From IMG/VR virus record IMGVR_UViG_3300046167_000921, positions 64,001 through 128,000 of that record: 64,000 nt of DNA; one strand, given 5' to 3'. Below the pieces are notes generated by a model. The model saw only the letters and a list, made by a program, of their open reading frames with translations. It made no database searches and was not told the DNA's origin. The DNA is from a virus. The position numbers were made by a program, and so were the translations under genes. This document shows positions 61,155-64,000 of the stretch, one piece after another (positions within the stretch are counted from its first letter, which is position 1; every line of letters begins with the position of its first letter).

Positions 61155-64000
61155 TTAAGCACCTACAGTGACGCTAGAGATAAGAGACCAATTCGTCCCA
61201 TTGTAGATGAAAGTAGCTGATGAGTAATCGTTGCTGAGAGTAATATTGCTACCTGTCGCGAGAGCGAGGCCGTCCGCAGTGCCTGAAGTTCCATCGTCAC
61301 TTAATATAAGGTTACCTCCACCACTCTTTTGGATCACCAAGATCGACCCTGTCTCTCCGCCTGTGATCGTTGAGATGGTATTGTTCGCACCGTCAGGGGT
61401 GACCTTATGGTACGACTTCGTGACAGCAAAAGTAATGTCTCCGTTACCAAGAGATATTGTCGAGGTATCTAGGACAGCTTGCCCGCCTACAGCCAAATCA
61501 CTTGAAGTGATCACTCTTTGACCTGCATTAATTGTAAGGGCAGTGGATGCCGAGTTACTGCTCGACCCAGACCCGCTCGGAGATGCTGTCTTAAATACAA
61601 TTGACCCGCCGTCAGCAGAACCCGTACTCAAGCCTCCTGATAAGGTAAGATCTGCACCTGTAAGATCCGCCCCTGATGCTTTACCGCCTCTTACCATAGA
61701 GGTGTCAATAGGAGCCAGCTCAGAATCTGTTACGGTAATGTTCAGGTCTGTACCTAGAGAGAGATCTGTACTGATACCGTGAAATACTTTGTAGACTCCA
61801 TCTTTTGCGTCTGCATCGGTTTCTTCTGGTTGGTAGATCATGCCTGCATATCGAGCGGCGGCGAGATTATTGCCGTATTTGGAGTACCAACCGAGATCTC
61901 TTGTGGCAGAGTCGTTATTTTGACCCAAGTAGATCATGCGGTCAGCTAGTTTGACTGCCGCACCTGTACCACTGAAGTTACCTGTAACGGTAACATTGCC
62001 TGAGATAAGAACACCTTGTGCCGATGAACCTATGAGGGTCGGGTTGTCTTCGATAGCTATTGTAACTGCACCGTCGGTGTTTGTAACGCCAATCTCATTA
62101 GCCGTTCCAAGAATGGAGAGTGCGTTATTTGTCTTCTGGTCAAAGCTGTATGTAGATCCCCCTCCCGAGTCTGTAGTTAACGTGTAGAGCACGTCTTCTT
62201 CAGTAAGCAGAATCTCAGCGTTGCCGTCTCCCCTATCCGCTTTCCAAGTGTCTGCAGTCTCATCATAGTGCAATGTCGCATCTGTCGAAGAACCTCTGTT
62301 TACAGTGATACCTACGTTTTGTGAAGGAGCTACACCCCCTGCTAGATCACTATTTAATGTGATTGTACTTAAGCCATCACTTGTGACATTTACGGAAGTT
62401 AATGTCGCCACGCCTGCGGTCAGCGTGCCTGTGGTCGTAAGGTTCTCATTGTCAAAGCTGATGGTGCCAGAAGCAGAGGTGATCAGCCCACTTGAAATGG
62501 AAATCGCACCGCCTGCGTCAGAGTCAGCAATGAGAGTATTTGCCACTTGGACATTACCCGCGTTGTTGAACTGCCAAACATTCTCGGACTCATCCCAGAA
62601 GAAAACAGCGTCCGTGCCAGCCGAAGGTCTTGATACGGTGATCCCGAAGTCATGTGCGTCGAGTTCCGCTGTGTCATCCGAGTTGAATGTGATCGCACCC
62701 AAGCTAGGGGTGTCAATCTGGATAGCACCAGACGAAGTCTTTACATTACCAGAAGCAGTGACCGTAGATTCTGTGCTTACCTCACCTGATGTGGCAACGG
62801 TGAAGTTAGGGTCTGTTGTGATCGTTCCGCCGACTGTGACCTGAGTCTCAGAGTGGAGCTTGCCTCCCTTTACGACAAAAGACCCTTCTGAGTCATCCCA
62901 ATCAAACTGCACGTTTGCTGTCGTATCGTTCACTTTGAAGATAGATACGTCGGCATCCGCACTGTCTGAGTTCAAGAGGATTGCAACACTATTGGTGGGA
63001 GACGCTTTAATATTTAAAGTGTCATCGAGTGTACTTTGACCCGTGACCGTGAGAGTTGTTCCCACGCTTAGGTCTGAACTCGTCGCGGTACTCTGATTGA
63101 GCGTCAAAGACTCGGCGGTAGTGTTTACAGTAACGTAAGCCTCCCCCGCATCACCTTGCTTAATAACGAAAGCATCGGTGTCATTGTCAGCGAGTTCAAC
63201 CACAATTCCATCGCCGTCGTTGTCCGACAGCGTATTGATCGCTAAGCCTGTCAAGGTCGTTACACCTGTGACATTAAGAGTAGAAGCGAGACTCAAGGCA
63301 CCTGCCGTTGTTAAAGTCGCGGTTGTAGTTCCCGCTGAAGTTGTATCGCCTACGGTTAAGGCGTTTGCTCCTGCTTTGCCTTGAAGGTGGAGGCCAGAAA
63401 CAGAGTTAATGTTAAACTCGTCATTGTCCTCATCCCATTCAATCAAGGCATTAGTCTCAGTGCCTCTTTCAACTGTTATCAGCTTAGCGTCGCTCTCTTC
63501 GCCATTTCCTGTAAGGTCTGAGTTGAAGACGATACCGTTAGTGTTCGACTCTACGTTCACCTCCCCCTGTAGGGTAGTTAGACCACTAAAGGCAGTAGGT
63601 TGAGCTAAAGTGATTAGTTCAGATCCCTCGGTGGTGTTGAAGGTCATGTATGAGTCCGCGTCACCTCCAGCACCGAGATCTTTAATTTCAAGAGCGTTGG
63701 CGATGTTGTTCACCAAGTTGATCTTAAAGCTCCCCGTCCCTGTAGAACTTGCTCTCAAGTCATCGGTTTTAAATTGACCCGTTACGGTGGTGATGCTGTT
63801 CGTAGTGTCTACGTTTACAACGTCAGTGCCGTTTGCTTTCTCTACTACTAGGGCGGCGGTGTTATCTGCTTTTACGTTGACTGTATTAAGTATCGAAGTG
63901 ACACCTGTATTACTTACGCTAAAGACATCAGCACCAACATTGATTCCTGCATCGGGTTCGAACACCGCTGTTGTAACAGTGACCTTTGGTGTGGTGGTGT
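61155..64000 (-). CDS. Tail-fibre/beta-helix-like structural protein, partial (5' end beyond window)
   Basis: Thr/Gly/Ser/Asp-rich beta repeats. The frame stays open upstream of 63965 to the window edge (TTTPKVTVTTAVFEPD). Confidence 0.75.
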   Translation of the reverse strand, partial: TTTPKVTVTTAVFEPDAGINVGADVFSVSNTGVTSILNTVNVKADNTAALVVEKANGTDVVNVDTTNSITTVTGQFKTDDLRASSTGTGSFKINLVNNIANALEIKDLGAGGDADSYMTFNTTEGSELITLAQPTAFSGLTTLQGEVNVESNTNGIVFNSDLTGNGEESDAKLITVERGTETNALIEWDEDNDEFNINSVSGLHLQGKAGANALTVGDTTSAGTTTATLTTAGALSLASTLNVTGVTTLTGLAINTLSDNDGDGIVVELADNDTDAFVIKQGDAGEAYVTVNTTAESLTLNQSTATSSDLSVGTTLTVTGQSTLDDTLNIKASPTNSVAILLNSDSADADVSIFKVNDTTANVQFDWDDSEGSFVVKGGKLHSETQVTVGGTITTDPNFTVATSGEVSTESTVTASGNVKTSSGAIQIDTPSLGAITFNSDDTAELDAHDFGITVSRPSAGTDAVFFWDESENVWQFNNAGNVQVANTLIADSDAGGAISISSGLITSASGTISFDNENLTTTGTLTAGVATLTSVNVTSDGLSTITLNSDLAGGVAPSQNVGITVNRGSSTDATLHYDETADTWKADRGDGNAEILLTEEDVLYTLTTDSGGGSTYSFDQKTNNALSILGTANEIGVTNTDGAVTIAIEDNPTLIGSSAQGVLISGNVTVTGNFSGTGAAVKLADRMIYLGQNNDSATRDLGWYSKYGNNLAAARYAGMIYQPEETDADAKDGVYKVFHGISTDLSLGTDLNITVTDSELAPIDTSMVRGGKASGADLTGADLTLSGGLSTGSADGGSIVFKTASPSGSGSSSNSASTALTINAGQRVITSSDLAVGGQAVLDTSTISLGNGDITFAVTKSYHKVTPDGANNTISTITGGETGSILVIQKSGGGNLILSDDGTSGTADGLALATGSNITLSNDYSSATFIYNGTNWSLISSVTVGA

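Noticed and set aside
61231-63603. Plus-strand ORFs opposite the tail-fibre gene
   Set aside because: Antisense shadows of a Thr/Gly/Ser-rich gene
1-64000. Stop-codon reassignment, as in some large phages
   Set aside because: Conserved genes are full length in code 11, and TAA, TAG and TGA all end tightly packed genes

Overview
64 kb from a large (jumbo-type) tailed dsDNA phage. It is densely coded, and TAA, TAG and TGA all behave as stops (code 11). I saw no tRNA, rRNA or CRISPR array, and the host cannot be assigned from the sequence. Recognisable modules are scattered on both strands. Packaging and virion: large terminase, probable small terminase, portal, and a tail-fibre-like ORF running off the right edge. 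Replication: DnaX, HolA, HolB and DnaN-like clamp-loader/clamp parts, a stand-alone primase Zn-binding domain and a probable SSB. Recombination: RecA, UvrD-like helicase, SbcD, SbcC split into two genes 51 kb apart, PD-(D/E)xK and GIY-YIG nucleases. Nucleotide metabolism: NrdA, NrdB, ThyX, dNK, MazG-like and PIN-PhoH. Transcription: a NusG-like factor next to a sigma-region-4-like protein. The most unusual signals are four. (1) A fixed-spacing motif TA[GAT]-N6(Y-rich)-TAT lies about 28-44 nt upstream of roughly 17 genes or operons, including the portal operon, and is a probable late promoter. (2) Many products of those genes carry recurring peptide tags ([KR]-x-A-[SG] at domain junctions, an RVASRY-like helix and a shared LExR[IV]AxLE[RK][EQ]A leader), suggesting an undescribed virion-cargo targeting and processing system that loads a helicase, pentapeptide proteins and an ART-like/PAP2 polyprotein. 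(3) A C5-methyltransferase locus is read in two overlapping frames. (4) SbcC is split at its zinc hook. All family assignments come from motif reading by eye; no database searches were run.
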